64,000 nucleotides of DNA from an uncultured Acidobacteriota bacterium (lineage in GTDB: Bacteria > Acidobacteriota > UBA6911), in assembly GCA_963827655.1 (NCBI GenBank), contig CAWHCF010000026.1:64001-128000 (forward strand), given 5' to 3'. This document shows, piece after piece, positions 32,360 to 43,770 of the stretch. Under the pieces are notes generated by a model, which saw nothing but the letters and a program-made list of their open reading frames with translations, had not been told where the DNA came from and made no database searches. Both the position numbers and the translations under genes were made by a program. Numbering within the stretch: the first letter of the stretch is position 1; every line of letters starts with the position of its first letter.

Positions 32360-34289
32360 CTATTTCCCTTGCTCGATCCTGGTGACTTTTGTCGGCGCGG
32401 CCATTGCAGCAAGGCTCTCGAGGTCAAACTGCTGGTAGAGGTCGAGACAAAACAGGTCCGGTGCGGCCTGGTATTCGATCGGTTCGTCCAGCAGTTGTTT
32501 CAAGGACTGCGCGCCGCTGCGAATCACAATCTCGAAAAAGATTCCCGGTTTCAGGGCCGCCGCCGCCAGTGCCACCGTCTGGCTGCGAAGGCCGGTGCTC
32601 TCCAACCGTACCTTCCCGGCGCCTGAAGCTTTCCGCAGCCAGTCCACGATTGTGATCAGCTGCGCGGCCTCCATGCCCAGCGGACGGTCTCCTACGGTCG
32701 CCAGCATCTGCGTGTAAGCCGATGCTCCCGGGTTCTGCGGTGACGACGAACCCGTAAAGAGCAAATCGACGGCAAGCACCTGCTCGCCGCGATTCACTCG
32801 ATCGGCAACCTCCTCCGCCGCAGCCTTCTTGCCCTGATCGTGAAGAACGATCGTGGCCGCCCCGCCCTCCGAAGCTGTCATCGCTTTGAACCAGACGCCG
32901 TCTGCGCTCAGCCCGTTATTGAAGTCGAAGCGATAGGACCGCGTTTCCAGCCCTCTATTCTTGCTGTTCCCCAAGGCCCACGAATGATGCAGACTCACAT
33001 CCTGGTATCGCAGGGTCTTTCTCAGAACAGCGCCGTCGGTGGATGCAGTCGGCGGCCGCTTGATCCCGCCCGCCAATTTCCTGGCCAGGCCCAGAATGGT
33101 GAGGTTGTCCGTCGGCAAGCCGACAACCAGTTCGTCGAAGCCTTTGATTTCGGATTCGACCGGGATCTCGGTATCGACAATGGGCAGGCCGAAATGTCTG
33201 GTGAAAAAACGATAGGACTGCAGCCGGTTATCGAGCTGATAGTTGTGGTCCGAAGGATCCAGGTTCTCATGCCAGGCAAACGAGCTTTCCTTTCCGAACA
33301 AACCGAAAGAATGCTTTGACTTCGTCGAAGATATCCTCCTTCACCAACGGAGCCCGAAAGCAACAGTCATCCTCGGCATTGTAGATGAGCAGCGTTGGAC
33401 GCGGGGCGCGCATGGCCGTCAGGTGGGGATAGTCTTGACCCGCGAGCAGGTCGGTCGCATTCTGCTCGATGTCGCCGACGTCGCCCGCTCGCTCCAGCCT
33501 CGACACCAGCGAAGAATAGCCCGCGACGGGAATCGAAACCGACACTCTTTCATCCAGCGCGCTCAGGACGATGGTCTGCCAGCCACCGCCCGACAGTCCG
33601 GTGACCCCAATCCGGCTCCGGTCAGCGTTGGGATGATCGTAGAGATAGTCGAGGCCTTTCCGCATCGCGAGGTAAAACAGTCCCGCCGCATTTGCGCCCA
33701 CCAGGTCCAGATGCGCTCCGAACCAGTGCCGGTTTTCGGGATGAGAGAGTTCACCAAAGGAAAGCCATTCCAGGTTCAGGGATAGAATTCCCTGCCGCGC
33801 CTGGTTGATGCACCGCTTTTGCTTGTATTCGACAGCCTTCCCGGGCGCGCCCACGTGACCGTTCACGTTCAAGATGGCCGGCATTTTGCCCTGGAGGTTC
33901 TCCGGTTCGTAGAGGATGGCCGTGGATTGAAACCCGGGCACGATCTCGTAGCGCAGCTTTCGCATGCGGTAGCCCTTGCCTGACGGTATCACTCCGAGAT
34001 CTTCTACCCGGAGGGGTCCATTGACCCATTCCTGAGGCCATCCATGAAAGATTACGTTGTTGAGAAGATCCTGCCGCAATCTTTTGGACTCGGCGGTCCA
34101 CTGCTCCGCGCTGGACGCCTTGGGGAGCTGAGGGACCTTTTTCAGAAGATACTGACGCAGCTGAAAAGCGACGACGTCCGGTGTCTGAAGCGGCGACTCC
34201 AAAAACTTGCGGACCTGCGCCGTCTGTGTCTGCGCGCCGGCAAGGCCGGCAAAAAGAATCAGGGCGATCGTGCGCTGCAGGGCTTTCAT
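32360..34289 (-). CDS. Secreted alpha/beta hydrolase (acetylxylan-esterase-like, two-domain); frameshift near 33300
   Basis: Signal peptide; LNVNGH, RIGVTGLSGGGWQT (nucleophile elbow), APRPTLLI, DDCCF, DHNY. Confidence 0.85.
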
Positions 34290-34302
34290 TCAAGCACGAC
34301 GC

Positions 34303-37300
34303 TCAGAAGAAATATCGCAGCCCGAACTGCAGGATCCGAGGGTCTCCAGCGGTGGTAATTCGACCGAAGAGAGTCGAACTCCTCGAAGTGTTGGGGTTTC
34401 CCAGGTTCACGCGATTGAAGAGGTTGAAGAACTCGGCGCGAAACTCCAGCTTGTGACTCTCGTTAAATGGCATGGCGAAATTCTTGAAGGTCGAGAAATC
34501 CACGGTCGCCAGACCAGGTCCACGTTCGGTGTTTCGCCCGAGCGTGCCGAACGTCCCGAGGGCGTTCTCTCGAAACGCGTCGGTGTTGAACCAGCGGGCG
34601 ATCTGCTCGCCTCTCGACCGGTCGTCGGGAAGGTTCGGATCGCCTACGATGTCGACCCGGTCCTGTCCGATTCCACTCAAGGAGTTGTCTACCCCGGTGA
34701 AAATTGTCAGGGGTTCGCCGGTCTGGAGCGTAACGATCCCGTTGGTCTGCCAGCCATTCAAGAGATGCTGGAGCACGCCGGATTTGATGGGAGAGGGAAG
34801 AAGGTAGTTGAACGAACCCACAAACCGGCCGGTCCGACTGAAATTCGACACGCCATAATCCCGGTCGATGTTCTCGAAGGGGTGCGTGTTGCCGTTCCCT
34901 TCAAACGCGGTGTTGGAGAGCATGTCGAGACTCTTCTGCCAGCTGTAGCCGGCCAGGAAAGTCAGGCCGCTGGAGAAGCGCCGCTCCAGGCTGAGTACCA
35001 GAGCGTGATAATTCGAGCGCCCGTAGGTGCCGGCATAGGTGATCTGGGTGAATTCGGGTCTTGAACGCCGCTGATCTGTGTTGGTGCGGTCCGCGCCGGG
35101 GCCGAACAGGGCAGGATTCAATTCAGCCGCGTGGAATAACCGCCGTCCCGCCGAACCCTGATAGGTAATACGAGCGACCATCGAGGCTGCGATGCTTTGC
35201 TCGATGGTGAAATTCCACTGGTGGATGTTGGGATACCTGAAGTTCGGATCGAAGCCCACTAACAGAAAGGGCGTGGGAAAGAACTGGGTAGAAGAAATCG
35301 GCCGGGTAACCGGGAAGGGATTCACACGCCCGAAGTATGGGTCTCCCAGGCTCTCAGGCGCTGTGAAATCGACTCGAACGGAATTCGGCGGAGACGTAGT
35401 TTGCCGGTTATAGGTCAAGGCCGAAGTCTGATCATGGAACAGGCCATAGCCTGCTCGCAGGCTGGTTTTACCGTTGCCGAACAGATCATAGGCAAAGCCC
35501 AGGCGGGGATCGAACAATGTGTAGACGGCCTCCACGCCTGATTCCGGCACTCCGGCATCACCCCCGATCAACTGGCCCGGAGGAAGGGTCGGGAAGCGAG
35601 TAGAACGAACTCCGGCCCGGTAGGCGGCGTCGTTGAACTGAGAGATCTGATTGAGAGGGACATCCGTGAAGGGAATGAATGGGTTCCAGCGCAACCCCAG
35701 GTTCAGCGTCAAACGCCGGGTTACTTTCCAGTTGTCCTGGATGTAAAGGCCATAGAGGTTACGGACCAGGTTATCGTAGAGAGTGGAAATCTGCGTGAAG
35801 GCCGATGGCTTGCCGTATAGAAAATCGACGAGATTGTCGCCCGAGTAGCGCGCGCCGAAAGTGAACTGCCCGTCCGAGAGAAAATCCTGATCGAGGATGC
35901 TCTGCTCGCGCAGGAAGTCAACGCCAAAATCAAGTTCGTGCCGCCCGCGAAGCGAGGTCCAGGAATGCTGGAGATTGTACTGGTTGCGCGGGACCCGATA
36001 GAGCGCATTGTATGATTGACTGAAGTAATTCGTTACGCCCACCCGGAAAGTCGTGCCGCTTGACAGGGTCGGGACTTTGATTCCAAGTTCGCGGTGGCCC
36101 GGAAAAGGAGGTCCGGTGGCGATATTCGAAGCGCGGTTGTAACTGAGAGTTGTGTTGGTGAGCAGAGTGGGACTGATCGTGCTGGTGAAGTTGGCGACTG
36201 CGCTCTGGCTCTGCCATCGGCGGCTTGCGATTCCGGTGAGGATGTTATTCGGGTCGATGATGGCCGGGATCTCCAATTCATCGAAAAAGTAACGACCGGA
36301 GATTTGGTGCTTGGCGCCTATGCGATGATCGACGCGTCCCAGGAACTGGTTATCGCTGGTCTTGTCCCGGCGAACGTACCGGATCAAGCCGTCATCGGCA
36401 GTCGCCACAGGAATCAGTTCAAGGATCCTCTGGGCGATTGGGTCCAGCTGGGAGGGAGGAATGATATTTCCCGGAATGGGCTGCCTCGTTCGCGGGTCGA
36501 GCAGCTGAGCAGCGGTTCTAGAGAAGTCTCCTCGCCGCTGGGCCGCCGTAGGAACCACGGCGGTAGCAGTGACGGGAGTAGCGCGAAGCTGGGTGCCCTG
36601 CCAGGAGCCGAAGAAAAAGGTTTGATTCTTTCGAATCGGGCCGCCCAGGGAAAACCCATATTGATTTCGTTTCAAGCCGTCGCCGGTCGGGGCGAAAAAG
36701 TTTCTCGCATTAAGGCTGGCGTTGCGAAGGTATTCAAACATGGAACCATGGAAGTCGTTGGTCCCGGACCGCGTGACTACGTTGACCACGCCGCCGCCTC
36801 TGCCTCCGAACTTGGCGCCGTAGTTATTGGTCTGATAGCTGAACTCCTGCACTGCATCCGGGTTAGGCAGCACATTGGCAACTTCCGTGTAGGGATCCTC
36901 GTGGATTCCACCGTCCAGGACGAACGTCGTCGAGTTCCCCCTCCCTCCGCTGGCCGAGATCAGCTCACCGCTTGCTTCAGGTCGCGTCGCGGCTTGTCCC
37001 CAGGTCCCGGGCGCAACCAGCGTCCCAGGGGTGACGCGCAGCAGCTGGAGAACGTTCCGTCCATTGAGAGGCAGATCGGTGATCATCTTTTGATGGATAA
37101 AAGTGTTGAGGGTAGCGCCACGATTCTCTACCGCGGCAACGGTTCCAACTACGCTGACCGTTTCGGTGACCTGGCCGATCTGCAGATCGACATTCAGGGT
37201 GGCTTGCTGGTCCACCTGCAGGACCAGCTCGGGAACACCATAGGTCGAAAAGCCTTCATGACTGACGGTGATCGAGTAGCGGCCGGCGGGCAGCGCGCTT

Positions 37301-37512
37301 ACGGCGTAGTAGCCGGCTTCATTGGAGACCGCGTTCCGCTCCACTCCTGTGGCCAGGTTTCGGACCACGACTCGAGCGCCTGGCACCGGCGCGCGGGATG
37401 GGTCCACTACGTCTCCAGCAACGGAAGCGGTTGCCCGTTGTGCCCGGGCCGGCGGTGGGTTAATCAGCAGAACGAAAACCAGCAGGGAGAAAGTGGCAGC
37501 CAACGTCTTCAT
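34303..37512 (-). CDS. TonB-dependent receptor, Oar-like, with carboxypeptidase-regulatory-like N domain
   Basis: [55 protein letters not shown], terminal [12 protein letters not shown]. Confidence 0.95.
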   Translation of the reverse strand: MKTLAATFSLLVFVLLINPPPARAQRATASVAGDVVDPSRAPVPGARVVVRNLATGVERNAVSNEAGYYAVSALPAGRYSITVSHEGFSTYGVPELVLQVDQQATLNVDLQIGQVTETVSVVGTVAAVENRGATLNTFIHQKMITDLPLNGRNVLQLLRVTPGTLVAPGTWGQAATRPEASGELISASGGRGNSTTFVLDGGIHEDPYTEVANVLPNPDAVQEFSYQTNNYGAKFGGRGGGVVNVVTRSGTNDFHGSMFEYLRNASLNARNFFAPTGDGLKRNQYGFSLGGPIRKNQTFFFGSWQGTQLRATPVTATAVVPTAAQRRGDFSRTAAQLLDPRTRQPIPGNIIPPSQLDPIAQRILELIPVATADDGLIRYVRRDKTSDNQFLGRVDHRIGAKHQISGRYFFDELEIPAIIDPNNILTGIASRRWQSQSAVANFTSTISPTLLTNTTLSYNRASNIATGPPFPGHRELGIKVPTLSSGTTFRVGVTNYFSQSYNALYRVPRNQYNLQHSWTSLRGRHELDFGVDFLREQSILDQDFLSDGQFTFGARYSGDNLVDFLYGKPSAFTQISTLYDNLVRNLYGLYIQDNWKVTRRLTLNLGLRWNPFIPFTDVPLNQISQFNDAAYRAGVRSTRFPTLPPGQLIGGDAGVPESGVEAVYTLFDPRLGFAYDLFGNGKTSLRAGYGLFHDQTSALTYNRQTTSPPNSVRVDFTAPESLGDPYFGRVNPFPVTRPISSTQFFPTPFLLVGFDPNFRYPNIHQWNFTIEQSIAASMVARITYQGSAGRRLFHAAELNPALFGPGADRTNTDQRRSRPEFTQITYAGTYGRSNYHALVLSLERRFSSGLTFLAGYSWQKSLDMLSNTAFEGNGNTHPFENIDRDYGVSNFSRTGRFVGSFNYLLPSPIKSGVLQHLLNGWQTNGIVTLQTGEPLTIFTGVDNSLSGIGQDRVDIVGDPNLPDDRSRGEQIARWFNTDAFRENALGTFGTLGRNTERGPGLATVDFSTFKNFAMPFNESHKLEFRAEFFNLFNRVNLGNPNTSRSSTLFGRITTAGDPRILQFGLRYFF

Positions 37513-37662
37513 AGATTTCCCCTCTCTCGAAGATTGTTGTGCTGGCTACTATATCGACCTGAGCACTCTCTGTCCAAGATTGTTTGTGGCTTCGCGTCTT
37601 GGAGGTATTCCTTTGGTCTGCGCTTTACATTATATTTGAAACGTAAAGTGAGGAAATATCTC

Positions 37663-37884
37663 GTGAGTGAAGTAAAACTATCGAGCAAGAATCAGATTGT
37701 GGTTCCGCGCGAGGCGAGGAGCGCTCTTAAGCTGAAACCGGGAGATATCCTGCTGGCGGTCGTTCGCGGCGATACGTTGATTTTGATGTCAAAACCCAAA
37801 AAGCACTCCAAAGCAATCAGGGGGATGGGCAAGGGTCTGTACCCGGAGGATTATCTGAAGAAGGAGAGGGAAAGCTGGACATAG
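37663..37884 (+). CDS. AbrB/MazE-type antitoxin (VapB-like)
   Basis: GTG start; VKLSSKNQIVVPREARSALKLKPGD (C-terminal end of track ORF 36094..37884). Confidence 0.85.
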   Translation: MSEVKLSSKNQIVVPREARSALKLKPGDILLAVVRGDTLILMSKPKKHSKAIRGMGKGLYPEDYLKKERESWT

Positions 37885-38348
37885 GCAAAAAGAAACTTGA
37901 GCGATTCCTCAAACGCCATCGAACCGTCGCGATCGACACCAGCGTTTTCATATTCCATGTCGAGGAGAACCCAAGGTACGTAGAACTGGCAGATGTTGTC
38001 TTCGACTGGCTCGAAACGCCACGAGCGCACGCAGTGACTTCCACCATAACGATGCTGGAGTTGCTAGTGCAGCCATACCGCGCTTCGGATATCCAACGGG
38101 TCAACAGATTCTACGCGTTGCTCACCACGTACCAGAACCTGGACTGGATTCCACCGACACTGGAGCAAGCCGATCTGGGAGCCCGGTTGCGAGCGGATCA
38201 TGATTTGAAAACCCCCGACGCAATCCAGGCGGCAACGGCCCTGGCATGCCAGGCAACAGGGTTTGTGTCGAATGATAGCAAGTTGCGCAAGGTGGCTGGC
38301 CTGGAGGTGATTGTGTTGGACGACTTGCTTGCTCCAGGCCGGCCATGA
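37875..38348 (+). CDS. vapC: PIN-domain toxin (VapC-like)
   Basis: In-frame extension upstream of ORF 38034 gives TVAIDTSVFIFHVE; then TITMLELL, LKTPDAIQAATA, FVSND. The start must be non-canonical (CTG 37875 or ATA 37881). Confidence 0.85.
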   Translation: MDIGKKKLERFLKRHRTVAIDTSVFIFHVEENPRYVELADVVFDWLETPRAHAVTSTITMLELLVQPYRASDIQRVNRFYALLTTYQNLDWIPPTLEQADLGARLRADHDLKTPDAIQAATALACQATGFVSNDSKLRKVAGLEVIVLDDLLAPGRP

Positions 38349-38613
38349 ACTACGGGTGATCTCAAGCGTCTTAAAATACACCCATGCAGACAGAACTACA
38401 CGTGCCGTGTCATCGATAGGCGCGCTATGCTGCATCGTTGATGCTCACCGGAGGCGCAAGCGGGAAAGCTCGGGACGCAGTGAACAAAGTCAGGTTCGCC
38501 AAACGACATATCTTCGAATTGCGGGCGATCATCGAGCCTTCGCGCTTGCGGTCAGCCCGAATGCCGGCGCCAGATGATCCGGGAGAGCGCGAACCTGCAA
38601 GCGGGGGGTCAGG

Positions 38614-39933
38614 ATGAGTGTCGGTTACGAGCTGCTGTTTATCGTCTTACTAATCTTGGCCAATGGTCTCTTCGCGATGTCAGAGATGGCGCTGATCTCT
38701 GCGCGCAAGGCGCGTCTCGAGCGGGAAGCCGCCTTTGGCATCAGAAGAGCGCGCATTGCACTGGAACTGGCTAGCGCCCCTGCCAGCTTTCTTTCAACGG
38801 TACAGGTCGGAATTACTCTGGTCGGGATTTTAGCAGGGGCCTTCGGCGGGGCAACCGTGGCCGAAAAGATCTCCGAAAAGTTAAAGGGCGTCCCCTGGAC
38901 CGCGCCATACAGCCAGGCCATTGCGATCGTTGTCGTAGTTGTGGGTATTACCTACCTCTCGCTTATTATCGGGGAACTCGTTCCCAAGCGGCTGGCTTTG
39001 AATCATGCCGAGCGGATTGCCATCTTTGTGGCCAAGCCGATGCAATTTCTGTCGAAGGTTGCCTCGCCCGTCGTTCGCCTGCTCAACGTCTCGACCGAGC
39101 TAGTGCTGCGGCTCCTCGGCGTGCGACCTTCGGCTGAGCCGGCGGTTACCGAGGAAGAGGTCAAGATTCTCATCGATCAAGGGACGCGGGCCGGAGTTTT
39201 CGAGCAGGCAGAAAAAGAGATCGTAGATCGCGTATTTCGCTTAAGCGATCAGCGAGTCGGCGCGCTCATGACGCCACGGACCGATATCGTTTGGCTCGAC
39301 GTGAATGACACCTCCGAGAACATCATACGCGAAGTGACTACCAGCGGTTATTCCCGGTTCCCGGTCGGTCAGGATAGTCTGGACAACGTTCTTGGGACCG
39401 TCCGTACCAAGGATCTACTTGCCCAGTACGTTGCAGGCCAGCAACTGGACTTGAAAGGCGCTTTGCGCCCGCCGCTTTTCGCTCCTGAGACCATGCGCGC
39501 GATGAAGATGCTCGAATCTTTCAAGGTATCGGCTCGACACATCGCTCTGGTGATCGATGAATATGGTGGCGTCCAGGGATTGGTGACCCATCATAATGTG
39601 CTCGAGGCGATTGTGGGCGATATTGCCTTGATTGCAAACCCGGCCGAACGGCAGGCAATTCAGCGGGAAGATGGTTCGTGGCTGATCGACGGAATGTTGA
39701 CCCTCGATGAGTTCAAGCCGATTTTTGAGCTGACACAACTGCCCGGCGAGGATCAGGGCGATTATCACACGATGGGCGGCTTTGTTATGTCGCAGATAGG
39801 CCGTATTCCCGTCGAAGGCGATCATTTCGAAATCGGCGGTCTGCGGTTCGAGGTGGTTGATATGGACGAAAGGAGAGTCGACAAGTTGCTGGTTGCGCGC
39901 GTGCGGCCCGCGACGCCTGACACGGCAGAGTAG
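38614..39933 (+). CDS. Hemolysin-family/CorB-like membrane protein (CNNM/DUF21 + CBS pair + CorC domain)
   Basis: NGLFAMSEMALISAR, FLSTVQVGIT, IGELVPK, MTPRTDI, YSRFPV, VIDEYGG, VDMDERRVDKLL. Confidence 0.93.
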   Translation: MSVGYELLFIVLLILANGLFAMSEMALISARKARLEREAAFGIRRARIALELASAPASFLSTVQVGITLVGILAGAFGGATVAEKISEKLKGVPWTAPYSQAIAIVVVVVGITYLSLIIGELVPKRLALNHAERIAIFVAKPMQFLSKVASPVVRLLNVSTELVLRLLGVRPSAEPAVTEEEVKILIDQGTRAGVFEQAEKEIVDRVFRLSDQRVGALMTPRTDIVWLDVNDTSENIIREVTTSGYSRFPVGQDSLDNVLGTVRTKDLLAQYVAGQQLDLKGALRPPLFAPETMRAMKMLESFKVSARHIALVIDEYGGVQGLVTHHNVLEAIVGDIALIANPAERQAIQREDGSWLIDGMLTLDEFKPIFELTQLPGEDQGDYHTMGGFVMSQIGRIPVEGDHFEIGGLRFEVVDMDERRVDKLLVARVRPATPDTAE

Positions 39934-40014
39934 ATCGGCTCGGCGTCTTCAGACCGTGCGCAAGCTCGGCGCTCCTTTGTAGACTCGTGCGCAGAAATGT
40001 CGCTCCGAGCTCAC

Positions 40015-40169
40015 CTGTGGCGACGGGCCATCAAGCCCGTCCAACCAACGCGATCGGAAGATTTGCCCTTAACGAGCTCGTTGGTGCGATCGCCCCGGAA
40101 GGGCTCGATAGCCCGCACGCACAGTGTACTCGGGTCGTTTGGCGACAGCTCTGATGACCGGCGCCACTG
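40015..40169. repeat. REPIN-like element, family A copy 3 (partial)
   Basis: CTGTGGCGACGGGCCATCAAGCCCGTC...GGGCTCGATAGCCCGCACGCACAG...CTGATGACCGGCGCCAC. Confidence 0.7.
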
Positions 40170-40283
40170 AGCCAAGTTTTTCACAGCTTCTCAAAGGCGC
40201 GGCTATCCACTGCCGGGCCTCTCTGGCTCTGTTACCCGACGCAGCGCTCTGCCGCACTCCAAGGCGGATCCTTCGCAAGCTAA

Positions 40284-41054
40284 TCAGCTGCGAGCGTGCC
40301 GTCTTTGCGGAGAATAGCCATTGATCAGGTCGCCCACGTTTCGTTCGCGTTCCCTCAGGGAGGGATGGGTCGAGAAAAACGTGGCTACTCGATTGGGATT
40401 CGAACGCTCGATCTGTGCCATCCGCCTCAAGAACATCAGCATGCCACTTGGGTTCATCCCGGCGCGGCGCATCATGAATACGGCCTCCCGGTCGGCCTCG
40501 CGTTCTGCATCACGGCTGTGTTTCAGGAATACACCCTGACCGGCCATCTGAGCTCCGAGATTCGCAATGGCGGCCCCGGTTCCGCGCCCGCCGAGGACCA
40601 TGTCGAGTATTCCCAGACCGAGACCCCAGGTCCGGGCGCTTTGAATTTGCTCTACGCTATGCCGATTCGCGATGTGCGCGATCTCGTGCGCCAGCACCCC
40701 GGCTACTTCACTGTCGTTCTGAGCCAGCTCCAGCGTTCCGCGGTTGACGTAGATGTATCCGCCCGGGAGCGCGAAAGCGTTTACCTCCGGTAAATCTAAA
40801 ATCTTGAAATGGTAGCGGATGTTCCTGCGCGCATGCCGTGCCAGCCGCTGTCCGAGTCGATCGACTTCCTGTTGAGCCTGGCGGTCGCGCAGGACCGGGT
40901 ATTTGCGTTCAACCTGCCGCGCGGCCTCACGACCGATCTGGAGTTCGTCCTTCTGACTCAGTTGTCCCAGGGGCTGGCCGCATGCAGGATCATTCCAGGG
41001 AAGCAGAACCACAGATAAGAGGACTAAACGCGCCACCCTTTCCTGTACCCTCAT
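40284..41054 (-). CDS. M48 metallopeptidase (BepA/YfgC-like)
   Basis: VNAFALPGGYIYV, AGVLAHEIAH, SRDAEREAD, FFSTHP. Confidence 0.92.
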   Translation of the reverse strand: MRVQERVARLVLLSVVLLPWNDPACGQPLGQLSQKDELQIGREAARQVERKYPVLRDRQAQQEVDRLGQRLARHARRNIRYHFKILDLPEVNAFALPGGYIYVNRGTLELAQNDSEVAGVLAHEIAHIANRHSVEQIQSARTWGLGLGILDMVLGGRGTGAAIANLGAQMAGQGVFLKHSRDAEREADREAVFMMRRAGMNPSGMLMFLRRMAQIERSNPNRVATFFSTHPSLRERERNVGDLINGYSPQRRHARS

Positions 41055-41352
41055 GCGATACCCCTATCGGTTCAGGAAGCATGCCGGCAAGAACGTTCCA
41101 GTTGGATTGGATGCAGCTCGGAGGCGATTCTCTCAAGTCCCCGGCGTTTCGACCGGAGACTCGACCTCCAGGCCCGCCGGATAAACTCAATCAGCTTGAA
41201 AATCCGGTCTCAACGGCGTATGCAGAAGGAGAACTTGAAGAGACTCCTGAGCAGCAGGACAGCATTACCAGGTGGTAACTTCTCGCTTTTTTGGCAAGAT
41301 TCTTGGTGCTTCTTCGTGTCTTCGAGTCTTTGTGGTTAGAGCTGTCTGACAA

Positions 41353-41949
41353 ATGCAAGTCGAGCCTGTAACGCTGGAGGGTGACCATGTCCGGCTGGAG
41401 CCGCTGAGTCTGGCGCATCATGCGGCTCTATGCGCGATTGGTCTGGACGAGGACCTCTGGCGCTGGACCAACTCCCGGATCAGGACGTCCGAAGAAATGC
41501 GCGCCTACCTGGAGGCGGCGCTCCGCTATCAGGCCGAGGGAACCGCCCTGCCTTTTGTGACGATTGAGAAGAAATCCGGCACAATTGTGGGCAGCACCCG
41601 TTACGGCAATATTGACCGGGCCAATCACCGGGTTGAAATTGGATGGACCTGGATCGGACGGAACTGGCAGCGCTCGGCGGTCAACACGGAAGCCAAGTAC
41701 CTGATGTTGCGGCACGCGTTCGAAATGCTCGGGTGTATTCGGGTCGAGCTGAAAACCGATGCGCTGAACGAGCGGTCGCGTAAGGCTATCCTTCGCATCG
41801 GAGCCAAGGAAGAAGGAATCCTGCGCAATCATATGATCACGGACAGCGGGCGCATTCGCCACACGGTTTACTACAGCATCATCGATTCCGAGTGGCCGGT
41901 CGTCAGAGCCAGTCTGGAAAAGAAACTCGCAACAACGGCGGCGAAGTAA
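41353..41949 (+). CDS. GNAT N-acetyltransferase (RimJ/RimL-like)
   Basis: VRLEPL, IVGSTRY, VEIGWTW, NTEAKYLML, RIGAKEEGILRNH. Confidence 0.9.
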   Translation: MQVEPVTLEGDHVRLEPLSLAHHAALCAIGLDEDLWRWTNSRIRTSEEMRAYLEAALRYQAEGTALPFVTIEKKSGTIVGSTRYGNIDRANHRVEIGWTWIGRNWQRSAVNTEAKYLMLRHAFEMLGCIRVELKTDALNERSRKAILRIGAKEEGILRNHMITDSGRIRHTVYYSIIDSEWPVVRASLEKKLATTAAK

Positions 41950-42077
41950 TCGGCGGCAGGGTTCGCGAGCTTGGCGTGGATCGGGTGTCAGGCATTCACC
42001 ACGAAGACGCGAAGAGCAGCCCGCGCCACGGTTTCCGCTCGAGACTGTACAAGAGCAGGCTATTTCTGCGTTTTGCC

Positions 42078-43568
42078 ATGGGCGAGATTGTGTTCCACAC
42101 CATTTCAAAGTCTTTTGGCGCCGTGCGGGCGCTGCGTTCCGTAACCGTTTCGGTCCAGGAGGGAGAGGCCCACGCGCTCGTGGGCGAGAACGGAGCGGGG
42201 AAATCGACATTGATGAAAATTCTGGCTGGGATTGAGCGCGCCGACCACGGGAGCTTGATCTGGAACGGCCGTACCCTCGATCTCAAGTCGCCTCGCGATG
42301 CGCTCGACGAGGGGATCGGCATGGTCTACCAGGAGATGCTGTTATTCCCGAACCTGACGGTGAGCGAGAATATCTTCACCGGACGCGAGTTGACCGGGGC
42401 CGCAGGCCGGCTGCGCCAGAAAGAGATGCGCGAACGAACCCGAAGGCTGCTCGACCAGTTGCACCTTGCGGTTTCACCTGACGACGAGGTGGCCTCACTG
42501 AGCACCGCGCATCAACAGCTCCTTCAGATTGCGCGGGCGCTGGCGTTCGACTGCCGGATCCTGATCCTGGACGAACCGACCACCTGTTTAACCGGGGCGG
42601 AAACGGGCGACCTGTTCAAGGTCCTTGACCGGCTGCGAGAGAAGAAAGTCACCCTGATTTACGTATCGCACAAGCTGGACGAGGTATTCCGCCTTTGCGA
42701 CCGGATCACGGTGCTGCGCGATGGAGAGCACATCGGGACATTTTCCAGCAAAGAAACCAATCCCAACCAGGTGGTGCGCTCGATGGTGGGTCGCGACCTG
42801 GAGCCTCGAGCCGGGGGCGCTGGAGGCCTTGAGACCTATGGGCCGCCGTTGCTGAGGGTCGAGAGTCTGACGCGGCGTCCAGGGTTCGAAGACATTACCT
42901 TCGCGGTGCGCGAGGGGGAGATTGTCGGGTTGTTTGGTCTGGTGGGATCCGGACGCTCGGAGCTGGTGGAAACTCTCTTCGGCCTTCACCGAAGCGATCA
43001 AGGAAGGATTTTTTTTCGGGCACAGCCCTTGCGCCTGGCTTCATCCATGGACGCCGTTCGGGCCGGAATAGCGCTGGCGCCGGAAGAACGTCACCGCCAG
43101 GGTCTGTTCTTCAATTTATCATTGAAGGACAACCTGCTGCTGCCGGTCGAGAACGCGCGCGGCCCCTGGCGAATCAACCGGCGAGCGGAAAATGAACGCA
43201 GTCAGGCATTGCTCCAGAAGTGGCGCATCAAGGCTCCCGGCATCGATGCAGTTCCCGCCAGCCTGAGCGGAGGAAACCAGCAGAAGGTAGTTCTGGCCAA
43301 ATGGCTCAGCACTGAGCCGCGCCTGCTCATGCTCGATGAGCCGACCAAAGGAGTCGACGTGGGAGCCAAGTACGAGATTCACGAGTTCATTCGCAATGAG
43401 GTCGGCCGCGGCATGGGGTGCCTGCTGGTTTCCAGCGAGCTGCCGGAAATTCTGGCGCTGGCGCACCGCATCGTGGTGCTGCGCGAAGGACGCATCCAGG
43501 GTCAGGTCGATGCGTCATCCGCAAGCGAAGAGACGATCATGAGACTCGCGACAGCCGTCCAGCACTGA
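42078..43568 (+). CDS. Sugar ABC transporter ATPase (RbsA/MglA-like)
   Basis: GENGAGKST, LILDEPT, YVSHKL, LSGGNQQK, LDEPTKGVDVGAK. Confidence 0.95.
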   Translation: MGEIVFHTISKSFGAVRALRSVTVSVQEGEAHALVGENGAGKSTLMKILAGIERADHGSLIWNGRTLDLKSPRDALDEGIGMVYQEMLLFPNLTVSENIFTGRELTGAAGRLRQKEMRERTRRLLDQLHLAVSPDDEVASLSTAHQQLLQIARALAFDCRILILDEPTTCLTGAETGDLFKVLDRLREKKVTLIYVSHKLDEVFRLCDRITVLRDGEHIGTFSSKETNPNQVVRSMVGRDLEPRAGGAGGLETYGPPLLRVESLTRRPGFEDITFAVREGEIVGLFGLVGSGRSELVETLFGLHRSDQGRIFFRAQPLRLASSMDAVRAGIALAPEERHRQGLFFNLSLKDNLLLPVENARGPWRINRRAENERSQALLQKWRIKAPGIDAVPASLSGGNQQKVVLAKWLSTEPRLLMLDEPTKGVDVGAKYEIHEFIRNEVGRGMGCLLVSSELPEILALAHRIVVLREGRIQGQVDASSASEETIMRLATAVQH

Positions 43569-43621
43569 GGCTGGATCCGATCAGTACGAGAACGAAGAGG
43601 TGAAAGACACCCAGGGATTGA

Positions 43622-43691
43622 CCGACCACGTCCACGAGCACGTGCACGTCAACGTGGACGTTGACGTGGTCGTGCACGTGCTCGTGTTCGG
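43622..43691. repeat. Hexamer (CACGNN/NNCGTG) palindromic repeat
   Basis: CCGACCACGTCCACGAGCACGTGCACGTCAACGTGGACGTTGACGTGGTCGTGCACGTGCTCGTGTTCGG. Confidence 0.8.
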
Positions 43692-43770
43692 CTGCTGCCG
43701 TTGTTCGGGGATTTGAGTCTTCCAACTATTGGCACCGATACGAGTAACTTGGAATCACAGATATAGGAAA

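Noticed and set aside
36094-37662. 596-aa plus-strand ORF
   Set aside because: Antisense to the TonB receptor; only its last 73 codons are the real antitoxin.
41067-41085. Sigma-54-like site upstream of the M48 peptidase
   Set aside because: The -12 element reads GA rather than GC.
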